A stretch of DNA of 32,000 nucleotides, taken from contig NZ_LZLY01000097.1 in NCBI RefSeq assembly GCF_001673535.1, positions 21,840 to 53,839 on the forward strand. The letters run 5' to 3'. Below are positions 1 to 7,807 of the stretch, in pieces. Origin of the DNA: Mycobacterium sp. 1081908.1 (GTDB lineage: Bacteria > Actinomycetota > Actinomycetes > Mycobacteriales > Mycobacteriaceae). The position numbers and the translations under genes were made by a program. Numbering within the stretch: the first letter of the stretch is position 1; every line of letters starts with the position of its first letter. The notes beneath the pieces were generated by a model. The model was not told the origin of the DNA, searched no databases, and was given only the letters and a program-made list of their open reading frames with translations.

Positions 1-834
1 GGTGACCTCGGAGGTGGAGGCCACCAGCACCACCGCCGAATCCTTGGTCATCGTGTCCAGTTCCACGGCCGCGGCCTGAACGCTGCCCTGCGAGATCACC
101 TTCGACTGCTCCACCACCTTGGTGAAATCGTCGGCCATCTTGAGGAAGTCGTCCTTGAACGAGCCCGTGGAGTTCTCGACGATGCGCTGCACGCCCTGCT
201 TGGCGTTGTTGAAGTCCAGCGACGTCAACGTGATGACGCCCTGGCGTGCCGCGGCGACGAACTCGGCGGCACGCTGTCGCTGCTGGACCGCGTCGCGATG
301 CTCCTTGATCATGTAGCCGCTGCCGGCCAGCGCGACGAGGGTAACGATGATCGCCAGGGAAGCGGCGAGGGTGGACCACTTGGGCCGGCGAAGCCGCCCG
401 GAAAGGCGGCGCCGGCGGGCGGCGGGCTCCGGCGCGTCGGCCTCGACGACGGCAGCGTCGGCGTCCCCCTCGGCGACCGGCTCTTCGCTGCCGGCACCCT
501 GCGCGTCTTCCGCGGCCTCGGTCTCGTCCGCCTCCACCTCGAGCGCCGAGTCGGACACTTGGGCCTCGACGGATTCCGTTGCGTCCGCCTCGTCTTCCGC
601 CGCGGCGGCTTCTTCGGTGGCTTGCTGCTTGGCTTCCGCGAGCTGGGCCTCGCGGCGCAACTGAATGGCGCGGGCCCGGGCGCGAGCGGCGGCGGCAAGG
701 GCTTCCGCTTCTTGGGCTTCCGCCTCGGCCTGGTCGGCGAGCGCCCGGATTTCGGCGGCAGTGCTTGGGGTTTCGTCCTCGTTCACCGGAACCGATTTCG
801 TGTCAGCGGCATTCTGGCGGGCGCCGCCACTCAC
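1..834 (-). CDS. Mce-associated membrane protein (Mas/Omam-like), 3' end cut by window edge
   Basis: Absent from the ORF track (no stop in window). My own minus-strand translation from GTG 832-834 gives an uninterrupted 278-codon frame. It has an Ala/Glu-rich N-terminus (VSGGARQNAAD...AEIRALADQAEAEAQEAEALAAAARARARAIQLRREAQ), then RRRRLSGRLRRPKW and a TM (LAASLAIIVTLVALAGSGYMI), then EFVAAARQGVITLTSLDFNNAKQG... The architecture matches, and is clearly paralogous to, the 13800-14543 product. An in-frame TGA at 838-840 bounds the 5' end. Confidence 0.7.
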   Translation of the reverse strand, partial: MSGGARQNAADTKSVPVNEDETPSTAAEIRALADQAEAEAQEAEALAAAARARARAIQLRREAQLAEAKQQATEEAAAAEDEADATESVEAQVSDSALEVEADETEAAEDAQGAGSEEPVAEGDADAAVVEADAPEPAARRRRLSGRLRRPKWSTLAASLAIIVTLVALAGSGYMIKEHRDAVQQRQRAAEFVAAARQGVITLTSLDFNNAKQGVQRIVENSTGSFKDDFLKMADDFTKVVEQSKVISQGSVQAAAVELDTMTKDSAVVLVASTSEVT

Positions 835-1166
835 CGCTCACCAGCCCGAGAACGAGGCTGCTCGTGACTCAATGCCAAACTCCTCTACCGCTCGCCCGCG
901 CTAGTTTGCTTCCGTCCGCCGACGGCCGGGCCACGGCGTCCCAGCGAGGGCGTCGTCGCCGTTGGGCCACCCTACTCGGGATGCGCATTAGCGGCGAGCA
1001 TCTGCGCCGATATTCTTGCGCCGCGAATGTCGCGACGACCAGGAGAGCCACGTTATCACCTCTTCCTGAGAGGCCCGGCCGCGCCAGCGCGCCGCCGCTC
1101 TACAAATGCATAACAAGCAGTGGAAATGGGGTTCTCTTATCGAGCATATGGAGAGGAGCCAAGGCG

Positions 1167-2696
1167 CTACTGGAGCAAGTCCTTGACCACCTTGCCGGTG
1201 GCGTTGAGGGGCAGCGCGTCGAGAAACTGCACCGAACGCGGCACCTTGAAGCCCGCCATGCGTTCGCGGCACCAACCGATCAAGTCCTCGGCGCTGAGCC
1301 CGTCTTCGCGGTCCTTACAGACCACGAACGCCTTGCCCACCTGTCCGAGCCGCTCGTCGGGAACGCCGATCACCGCCGCCTGCGCGACGGCCGGGTGGTT
1401 CAACAGGAAGCCTTCGATCTCGGCCGGATACGCGTTGAATCCGCCGACGATGAACATGTCCTTCTTGCGGCCGACGATGCGCAGGCGGCCGGTCTCCGTG
1501 AAGTTGCCCAGATCTCCGGTGTGCAGCCAGCCGTCGGCGTCGATCGCCTCTGCCGTGGCGGCCGGGTCATCGAGATAGCCCTGCATGACGCCGTAGCCGC
1601 GAACCAGCACCTCGCCGTCGTCGGCGATGCGCACCTCGACCCCCTCGCAGGGCACGCCCGCGGTGGTGGCCACGTCCTCGAAGGAATCGCCGGGCAGGGA
1701 CAGCGTGACGTTGCCGGCCTCGGTGAGCCCGTAACCGGTCATCAGCGTCTGGAACGGCAACTCGTCGTGGATGCGACGGACCAGTTCGACGGGGATGTCG
1801 GCGGCGCCGGTCACGCCGGCACGAAGCGTCGCCAGCTTGGACTTGTCTTGAACCGTCAGCAGCGAGTGGTACAGCGTCGGCGGCCCGGGCAGCATCGTGA
1901 TGCGTTCGCGCCCAATCAGATCCACCACCGTCTCGACGTCGAACACCGCGACCGGCAGCATTGTCGCTCCGCGCAGGAAGGACGTGACCAGTCCCGCTTT
2001 CAGGCCGAACGTGTGAAAGTACGGGTTGATCTGCAAGTAGCGGTCGCCTCGGCGCAGATCCGCCAGCGTCGCCCATTCCTCATACATGCGCAGCGTTTGG
2101 CGATGATTCATCATCGCGCCCTTCGGGCGGCCGGTCGTGCCCGAGGTGAAGATGATGTCCGAGACGTCGCCGCCGCTCACCGCCCGCTCGAATGGCGAAC
2201 CGCTGGAAAGAAAGCCGGACTTCAGGTCGATGACGGGTGTCCCCGCCGGCGCGGTGTAGTCCTGCCCGAGAAATCCCTTCTGCACCAGGACGGCCTTGAC
2301 GCCGCTTCGCGCGATGATGTCGCCGGCTTCTTCGGTCTTGAACCGGGTATTGACCGGCACCAGCACGCCGCCCGCGGTGAGCAGCCCGAACGCCGCGATG
2401 ATCCACTCCGCCGAGTTGGGCGCCCAGATCGCGACCCGATCACCCTTGTCGACACCAAGGCCCGCGAATGCGCCTGCGGCGCAACGGATTCGCTCGACTA
2501 CTTCGGAGAAGGTGAAGCGCAGCGGACCGTCCACGATCGCTTCCGCATCGCCGAAGCGGTCCGCCGCGCTCAAGACCATCTCGGGGATGGTCTGCCAGAT
2601 CCGATTGGCCGGCTCTCCCCCGCGAGCGCGAGGTTCCCCCACCTCATCGCGCTTCGCGCTCTGCATCGTCACCGCCCGGCAAGGCGTATGTGTCAC
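1167..2696 (-). CDS. Acyl-CoA synthetase / fatty-acid-CoA ligase (FadD family, adenylate-forming)
   Basis: 509-aa ORF with AMP-binding signature IIFTSGTTGRPKGAMMNH, plus GWLHTGDLG and GRKKDMFIVGGFNAYPAEIE motifs. The GTG start 2694-2696 overlaps the upstream stop by 4 bp (GTGA). An alternative ATG lies at 2664-2666 (MQSAKRDE). Confidence 0.9.
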   Translation of the reverse strand: MTHTPCRAVTMQSAKRDEVGEPRARGGEPANRIWQTIPEMVLSAADRFGDAEAIVDGPLRFTFSEVVERIRCAAGAFAGLGVDKGDRVAIWAPNSAEWIIAAFGLLTAGGVLVPVNTRFKTEEAGDIIARSGVKAVLVQKGFLGQDYTAPAGTPVIDLKSGFLSSGSPFERAVSGGDVSDIIFTSGTTGRPKGAMMNHRQTLRMYEEWATLADLRRGDRYLQINPYFHTFGLKAGLVTSFLRGATMLPVAVFDVETVVDLIGRERITMLPGPPTLYHSLLTVQDKSKLATLRAGVTGAADIPVELVRRIHDELPFQTLMTGYGLTEAGNVTLSLPGDSFEDVATTAGVPCEGVEVRIADDGEVLVRGYGVMQGYLDDPAATAEAIDADGWLHTGDLGNFTETGRLRIVGRKKDMFIVGGFNAYPAEIEGFLLNHPAVAQAAVIGVPDERLGQVGKAFVVCKDREDGLSAEDLIGWCRERMAGFKVPRSVQFLDALPLNATGKVVKDLLQ

Positions 2697-3883
2697 ACCG
2701 TGACGAGCCGGCCGAGGTTTCCGCCCATGATCTTCGCCTGGTCGTCGACCGACAGGTGCGACAGTGCGTTGACGTAGAACGTCGGCTCCGCCAGCCCCTC
2801 CGGGTGCGGCCAGTCCGAGCCGTACAGCACCTGATCCACGCCGACGAGGTTGATCAGATCATCGATGCCGTCCTCGAAGAACGGGCTCACGTGGATCCGG
2901 TTCTTCACCATCTCGACCGGGTCGCTCGGGAACGCTTCCGGCGCCTTGCGGAAGACCTCGGTCAGGCCGTCCAGCAGCGGGGTCATCCACTTCGAACCGG
3001 CCTCGACGATCGCGACCTTCAGCTTCGGGTGGCGGTAGAGCGCACCATGAATCACCCACGAGCCCACCGCGTCCTGGATCGGGCGCCACTCGTTGAGGAT
3101 GCCCATCGCGTTGGTTTGGAACGGCAGCATCTCCTGTTCGGCGCCATCCCACTCCGAGGTGTACCGGGAGTAGCCGCTGTCGCTGGAATGCATGCCGACC
3201 AGCACGTCGTGCTCGACGACCCGCTCCCAGAACGGATCGAACTCGGGCAGCGCGAACGACCGCGGGCCGCGGAAGCCGGGGACGGGGGCCGGGCGGACCA
3301 GGATGCACCGGGCCCCACGCTTGACGGCCCACTCCAGTTCCTCGATCGCCTTTTCGACGATCGGCAGGGTGATGACCGGCGTGGTGAAGATCCGGTTCTG
3401 GTAGTTGAAGCCCCAGACATCATCGAGCCATTCGTTCAGCGCATGGATCAAGACGTGGATGGCGACCGGGTCGTCGCGCAGCCGTTCCTCGAGCAGGCTC
3501 GCCAGCGTCGGAAACATCAGGGTGCGGTCCAGCCCCAGCTCGTTCATCTTCTCCAGGCGCGGGCCGGGCTCAAAGAACGCCGGGATCGCGCGCATCGGCT
3601 CGCCGAACAGCTCGCGCTTGGTTTTGCCGTCCGGGTTGCCGTACTTGAAGTACTCCTCCCAGGCACCCGGCCTGGCGACGACCTCGAACGTCGGGTTGGG
3701 GATGTAGTTGCTGATGTGGCCACGGATCGCGATCTTGGTGCGCCCGTTGACCTGGACGTACTGGACATAGTCCTTGTACGCCTTGGGCAGGAACTTGGTC
3801 AGCGCCTCCGGTGGCTCGTAGAGGTGATTGTCCGCATCAAAGATCGGAAACGGGACGTCCTCCCGGTGTGACAACTGGCCCAT
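2693..3883 (-). CDS. Amidohydrolase-2 family metal-dependent hydrolase
   Basis: 396-aa ORF. N-terminal FDADNH and C-terminal LYGSDWPHPEG resemble the metal-ligand motifs of the TIM-barrel amidohydrolase-2 family. A strong SD (GAAGGAGG) lies 5 nt upstream of ATG 3883. The gene is 4-bp coupled to the downstream fadD-like gene. Confidence 0.85.
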   Translation of the reverse strand: MGQLSHREDVPFPIFDADNHLYEPPEALTKFLPKAYKDYVQYVQVNGRTKIAIRGHISNYIPNPTFEVVARPGAWEEYFKYGNPDGKTKRELFGEPMRAIPAFFEPGPRLEKMNELGLDRTLMFPTLASLLEERLRDDPVAIHVLIHALNEWLDDVWGFNYQNRIFTTPVITLPIVEKAIEELEWAVKRGARCILVRPAPVPGFRGPRSFALPEFDPFWERVVEHDVLVGMHSSDSGYSRYTSEWDGAEQEMLPFQTNAMGILNEWRPIQDAVGSWVIHGALYRHPKLKVAIVEAGSKWMTPLLDGLTEVFRKAPEAFPSDPVEMVKNRIHVSPFFEDGIDDLINLVGVDQVLYGSDWPHPEGLAEPTFYVNALSHLSVDDQAKIMGGNLGRLVTV

Positions 3884-3905
3884 GAGATCCTCCTTCGCAA
3901 TTTGT

Positions 3906-3920
3906 GAGAATACTATTCTC
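3906..3920. promoter_or_regulatory. 15-bp palindrome GAGAATACTATTCTC, candidate operator upstream of the amidohydrolase-fadD operon
   Basis: Perfect 7-1-7 inverted repeat read directly from the sequence, centred 30 nt upstream of ATG 3883. On the gene strand it overlaps a TAGTAT (-10-like) hexamer. It shares the core GAAT-N3-ATTC with sites at 13679-13693 and 15174-15188. Confidence 0.45.
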
Positions 3921-3973
3921 TACCGACGCCCGTCCGCAACGTGCCCCCTGTCGGGGCGCGCGGTCCCGCGGGG

Positions 3974-4384
3974 TCAGCAGTTGGCGATGATCTTGAACGA
4001 GGCGGACGCCGGTTCGTTCGGCTTGTCCGTCTTGAAGCCGTTGGCCGTGCCCGTGATCGTGAATTTCTCGCCGCTCAGGCTCATGTCGGCGCTACCGCCG
4101 TCATCCTTCGAATACATGCCGGTGAAGCCGCCGAGATTTTGGATGCGCACCGATTGAGCGGTGAGTGGCTCCGCGCGTTGGTCGATGACGACCTTGGCCC
4201 CGGCGAAGTCGCCGCCGATGTCGATCGTCCGGTACCACTCCAACTGGTTGCACTTGACGACGTTGATCTTGGCGTCGTTTCCGTTGACGGTCACCGAGGC
4301 GGTGCTGGAGAGCTGCGTTTGCGCCTTGGGGCTGCAGGCGCCGAGGCCGGCGACAGCAAGCGCGGCGGCGACGACGACCACCAT
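3974..4384 (-). CDS. LpqH-family (19-kDa antigen-like) lipoprotein
   Basis: The track ORF is 3974..4495. I prefer ATG 4382-4384, which gives MVVVVAAALAVAGLGAC with an LGAC lipobox. The mature part (VTVNGNDAKINVVKCN...IDIGGDFAG...KFTITGTANG...FKIIANC) follows the LpqH pattern V.I.G......V.C....I.IGG......Y.ITGTA.G....F.I...C. Confidence 0.8.
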   Translation of the reverse strand: MVVVVAAALAVAGLGACSPKAQTQLSSTASVTVNGNDAKINVVKCNQLEWYRTIDIGGDFAGAKVVIDQRAEPLTAQSVRIQNLGGFTGMYSKDDGGSADMSLSGEKFTITGTANGFKTDKPNEPASASFKIIANC

Positions 4385-4506
4385 TCGGTTACCCACTGGG
4401 CCACCTCGATCCTGGATGACGAGCTTCTGGACCTGCTGCGATGATGTTATTCTCCCCGAAAGAGAATGCCAATATCGGCTTTTCGCCTTACCCAATTACT
4501 GGAGCG

Positions 4507-5259
4507 ATGCGCATGGTGGACCTGGAGTTCGATGACGGGCTTGCGGTGCTCACCATCGATCGCCCCCACGCGCGCAACGCCATCGCGCCGGACACCATGG
4601 GGCAGCTGGAAAAGGCGATCGACGCCGCGGCCGGCGCGCGAACCCTGGTCATCAAAGGCGCCGGCGATCGGGCGTTCGTCTCGGGCGGCGATCTCAAGGA
4701 GCTGAGCGCGCTTCGCACCGAAGAGGACGCCGCGGCAATGGCGAAACGGATGCGGTCCATCTGCGATCAGCTCGCCGCCTTCCCCGCCCCCGTCGTCGCC
4801 GCCCTGAACGGCCACGCCTTCGGCGGCGGCGCCGAAGTCGCCGTGGCCGCCGACATCCGGATCGCCGCCGACGACATCAAGATCGCCTTCAACCAGGTGG
4901 CCTTGGAGATCATGCCGGCCTGGGGCGGCGCCGAACGATTGGCCACGATCGTCGGAAAGAGCAAGGCGTTGCTGTTGGCCGGCACGGGAACCGCCCTCGA
5001 CGCCGCCGAAGCCGAGCGGATCGGCTTGGTGGATTTGGTGTTTCCGCGCGCCTCGTTCGACGAGGGCTGGCGATCGATAGCCACGTCGCTGGCCCGCCAC
5101 CCGGCGGCGGAGATAAAGCGGGTAATCAGCGGCGTTTCTCCCGACGAAGCGATAGCATCCTTTGCACGGCTGTGGGTTGCCGACGCCCACTGGCAGGCCG
5201 CAGAGCGGGTGATGAACCGCACCGCCAGTCCGCGCCCGGCAGCCGAAGGAGCGACATGA
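4507..5259 (+). CDS. Enoyl-CoA hydratase/isomerase (crotonase) family protein
   Basis: The track ORF is 4441..5259. I prefer ATG 4507 (MRMVDLEFDDGLAVLTIDRP) or ATG 4513, with GGAG at 4501-4504. Crotonase signatures are present: VIKGAGDRAFVSGGDLKE and ALNGHAFGGGAEVAVAADIRIAA. Confidence 0.85.
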   Translation: MRMVDLEFDDGLAVLTIDRPHARNAIAPDTMGQLEKAIDAAAGARTLVIKGAGDRAFVSGGDLKELSALRTEEDAAAMAKRMRSICDQLAAFPAPVVAALNGHAFGGGAEVAVAADIRIAADDIKIAFNQVALEIMPAWGGAERLATIVGKSKALLLAGTGTALDAAEAERIGLVDLVFPRASFDEGWRSIATSLARHPAAEIKRVISGVSPDEAIASFARLWVADAHWQAAERVMNRTASPRPAAEGAT

Positions 5260-5684
5260 TCAGCACCGCGAAAACACTGTTGGGCGTCGGCTCGGCGACG
5301 TTGCTGGGGCTGACGGGCCTGCTCGTTGGCCCCGGACGCGCACACGCCGACCCGGTCTGGCATCAGGTCGTGTACATCGTCTCGGCCAAGGTTCCGGCCT
5401 ACGTCGACATCTTCTACCAGGATCAGGACCCGACGCTGTTCTCCGACTACAGCCACAACAACTACGCGTTCACCCCGCAGGTGCACGCCGACGTCGCCCC
5501 GGGTAAGCCGTGGGTTCAGCCGGTGAACCTGTTGAACCCCGATCAGTGGGCGATGGTCACCGCGACCACCGGTCGTGAACCGCTGGCACAGGGCGGCATT
5601 CAGTGCGACCTGTCGGTGGACGGAAAGGTCGTGGTCTCCAACATCGGCCCCAAGGGCGCGCTCTGTTCGCTGCGAACCTGGTGA
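5256..5684 (+). CDS. MmpS-like exported/membrane-anchored protein
   Basis: ATG 5256 overlaps the hydratase stop (ATGA), with SD GAAGGA at 5245-5250. The N-terminal signal/anchor is MISTAKTLLGVGSATLLGLTGLLVGPGRAHA. The C-terminal IQCDLSVDGKVVVSNIGPKGALCSL resembles the MmpS pattern (C.I.VDG.V......A.C). Confidence 0.6.
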   Translation: MISTAKTLLGVGSATLLGLTGLLVGPGRAHADPVWHQVVYIVSAKVPAYVDIFYQDQDPTLFSDYSHNNYAFTPQVHADVAPGKPWVQPVNLLNPDQWAMVTATTGREPLAQGGIQCDLSVDGKVVVSNIGPKGALCSLRTW

Positions 5685-6301
5685 ACCACCCAGGCGGGAG
5701 GCACGTCCTCGATGGGCTGCGGCTCGCCTTCCAGCTGGCGCAGATAACTTTCGACCAGTTCTAAGGTTTCGGCGTGACCGCCGGAAATACCGACAGCCTG
5801 CTCGAGCACCAAAAACCGCGACAGGCTGGTCATCAGGACCGTCCAAACCACCGGCGGCATTTCGGCGCCGTCCACCCCGTAGCGCTGCAGCGCTGCGGCC
5901 ACAGCTCGGCGCTGTTCCTCGCGGAATCGTTCGGCGTAGTAAGCGATTTCGGCTCGCATCTCCTTGCGGTGGTTGGCCAGCGCCATGAATTCCATCGAGA
6001 TGCGGGTGAACGCGGGATCGGTGCCGAATCTCCACAGCGCCCACAACGGCTGAGGGCAGTCCAGCGCGCGAGCTTGCGCCTGAAGACCCTCCTCGGCCCG
6101 GCGGCGGAAGACCTCGAGGAAAAGCTCGTCCATGGTGCGGAAGTAGTAGTGCACCAGCTGTGGTTTCAAACCCGCCTTGCTCGCCAGCCGGCGCGAGGTC
6201 ACCGCGGCGTAGCCCTCTTCGATCATCAGCCGCTCGGCCGCGTCGAGCAGCAGGGCGCGATTCTTCGCGTCCGGCGCTCCGATCCTGCGGGCCGAAGTCA
6301 T
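5600..6301 (-). CDS. TetR-family transcriptional regulator
   Basis: The track ORF is 5600..6337. I prefer ATG 6299-6301 (MTSARRIG...). The N-terminal HTH is RALLLDAAERLMIEEGYAAVTSRRLASKAGLKPQLVHYYFRTMDELF. The gene is divergent from the P450 at 6487. Confidence 0.85.
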   Translation of the reverse strand: MTSARRIGAPDAKNRALLLDAAERLMIEEGYAAVTSRRLASKAGLKPQLVHYYFRTMDELFLEVFRRRAEEGLQAQARALDCPQPLWALWRFGTDPAFTRISMEFMALANHRKEMRAEIAYYAERFREEQRRAVAAALQRYGVDGAEMPPVVWTVLMTSLSRFLVLEQAVGISGGHAETLELVESYLRQLEGEPQPIEDVPPAWVVHQVRSEQSAPLGPMLETTTFPSTDRSH

Positions 6302-6389
6302 ATCCCTGCTCCGTATTTCTGCGTAGATGCCGACCACACGGATCGTATCGCGGCACGGCGTTGCGACCTTGACCCTGACAATACCGCCA

Positions 6390-6409
6390 TGCTAAGCAGG
6401 TGCTCAGCA
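6390..6409. promoter_or_regulatory. Tandem mini-palindromes TGCTAAGCA-GG-TGCTCAGCA in the TetR/P450 divergent region
   Basis: Two adjacent 4-1-4 palindromes (TGCTnAGCA) read directly from the sequence. They lie between TetR start 6301 and P450 start 6487. Confidence 0.3.
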
Positions 6410-6486
6410 CATTTTTTGACTTTCGGAATCGGGCGGCGGTGCCGCCGAACCCCACCGGTAGACCCAGCCCAGGGAGACGCAGTCCT

Positions 6487-7764
6487 ATGAGCAGCTTCGA
6501 CACGATCGACTTCTTCACCGATCAATCCCTGGTGCCCGATCCGCACCCGTACTTCGACTATCTGCGCGGCCAGAACCCGGTGCTGCGGCTGCCGCACCAC
6601 GAGGTCGTCGCCGTCACCGGCTACGAGGAGGCCAGCGAGGTCTACAAGGACCCCGACACGTTCTCGAACATCGTCGCGCTCGGCGGGCCGTTCCCGCCGC
6701 TGCCGTTCCAGCCCGAGGGCGACGACATCAGCCCCCAGATCGACCAGCACCGCAGTTACTTTCCGATGTTCGAGCACATGGTGACGATGGATCCCCCGGA
6801 GCACACCCGCGCGCGCTCGGTGCTGAGCAAGCTGCTGACCCCGAGCCGGCTGAAGCAGAACGAGGAGTTCATGTGGCGCCTCGCCGACCGTCAGCTCGAC
6901 GAGTTCCTGACCAACGGCGAGTGCGAATTCATCAGCGAGTACTCGAAACCGTTCGCCACCTTGGTGATCGCCGACCTGCTCGGCGTTCCCGAAGAGGACC
7001 ACAAGGAGTTCCGCGTCGTCCTCGGCGCCGATCGCCCCGAGGCGCGGGTGGGCGCGCTGGACCACGAGTCGGTCGGCATCAACCCGCTGGAGTGGCTCGA
7101 CGACAAGTTCTGCACCTACATCGAGGACCGGCGACGCGAACCGCGCAATGACGTCCTCACGTCGCTGGCGACGGCGAAGTACCCCGACGGGTCCACCCCC
7201 GAGGTCATCGAGGTAGTTCGTTCCGCCACATTCCTTTTCGCCGCCGGCCAGGAGACCACGGCCAAGCTGCTCAGCGCCGCGCTGCAGGTGATGGGCGAGC
7301 GGCCCGACTTACAGCAGCAGCTGCGCGACGACCGCAGCCTCATTCCGGGGTTCATCGAGGAATCGCTGCGGATGGACAGCCCCGTCAAGAGCGACTCGCG
7401 GCTGGCCCGCAGGGCCACCACGATCGGCGGCGTCGACATCCCCGCCGGCACCGTCGTCATGGTGTTGCCTGGCGCCGCCAACCGCGATCCGCGCCGGTTC
7501 GACAACCCGCACGAGTTCGACCTCCGCCGAAAGAATGTGCGCGAGCACATGGCGTTCGCGCGCGGGGTGCACTCGTGTCCGGGTGGGCCGCTCGCCCGGG
7601 TGGAGGGCCGCGTTTCCATCGAGCGCATCCTGGACCGGATGAGCGACATCAAGATCAACGAGGCGAAGCACGGCCCGGCCGACGACCGTCGCTACAGCTA
7701 TGAGCCGACGTACATTCTGCGCGGGCTCAGCGAACTCCACCTCACCTTCACGCCGAACGGGTAG
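6487..7764 (+). CDS. Cytochrome P450 monooxygenase
   Basis: The track ORF is 6400..7764. I prefer ATG 6487 (MSSFDTIDFF), preceded by AGGGAGA at 6471-6477. Signatures: heme-thiolate loop FARGVHSCPGGPLA, ExxR (EESLR) and I-helix FAAGQETT. Confidence 0.9.
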   Translation: MSSFDTIDFFTDQSLVPDPHPYFDYLRGQNPVLRLPHHEVVAVTGYEEASEVYKDPDTFSNIVALGGPFPPLPFQPEGDDISPQIDQHRSYFPMFEHMVTMDPPEHTRARSVLSKLLTPSRLKQNEEFMWRLADRQLDEFLTNGECEFISEYSKPFATLVIADLLGVPEEDHKEFRVVLGADRPEARVGALDHESVGINPLEWLDDKFCTYIEDRRREPRNDVLTSLATAKYPDGSTPEVIEVVRSATFLFAAGQETTAKLLSAALQVMGERPDLQQQLRDDRSLIPGFIEESLRMDSPVKSDSRLARRATTIGGVDIPAGTVVMVLPGAANRDPRRFDNPHEFDLRRKNVREHMAFARGVHSCPGGPLARVEGRVSIERILDRMSDIKINEAKHGPADDRRYSYEPTYILRGLSELHLTFTPNG

Positions 7765-7807
7765 GGGCGGTCCCGGGCGCAACCGCCGAGCCCAACCGGT
7801 GCGGACG

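Noticed and set aside
835-1166. 332-bp gap downstream of fadD, examined for a small gene, tRNA or terminator (track ORFs 869..1051 and 988..1275)
   Set aside because: The ORF products are Arg-rich and featureless. There is no tRNA-like T-arm (GGTTCGAATCC-type) sequence, and only short 4-5-bp stems (for example CCTCT-N5-AGAGG). Nothing is supportable beyond calling it an untranslated spacer or promoter for the Mas-like gene.
579-2777. 732-aa plus-strand ORF
   Set aside because: It is antisense to the well-supported FadD gene and runs across the intergenic gap. The product is Arg/Pro/Gly/Ala-rich and low in complexity with no recognisable motif, which is typical of a spurious open frame in GC-rich DNA.
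4767-6518. 583-aa minus-strand ORF
   Set aside because: It overlaps three independently supported genes (hydratase, MmpS-like, TetR) in other frames. Its composition is dominated by Arg, Gly, Ala and Pro.
7766-7787. Hairpin GGCGGT-N10-ACCGCC between the convergent P450 and PE-PGRS genes as a bidirectional terminator
   Set aside because: It has only a 6-bp stem with a 10-nt loop and no U-tract on either strand, so it is too weak to call.
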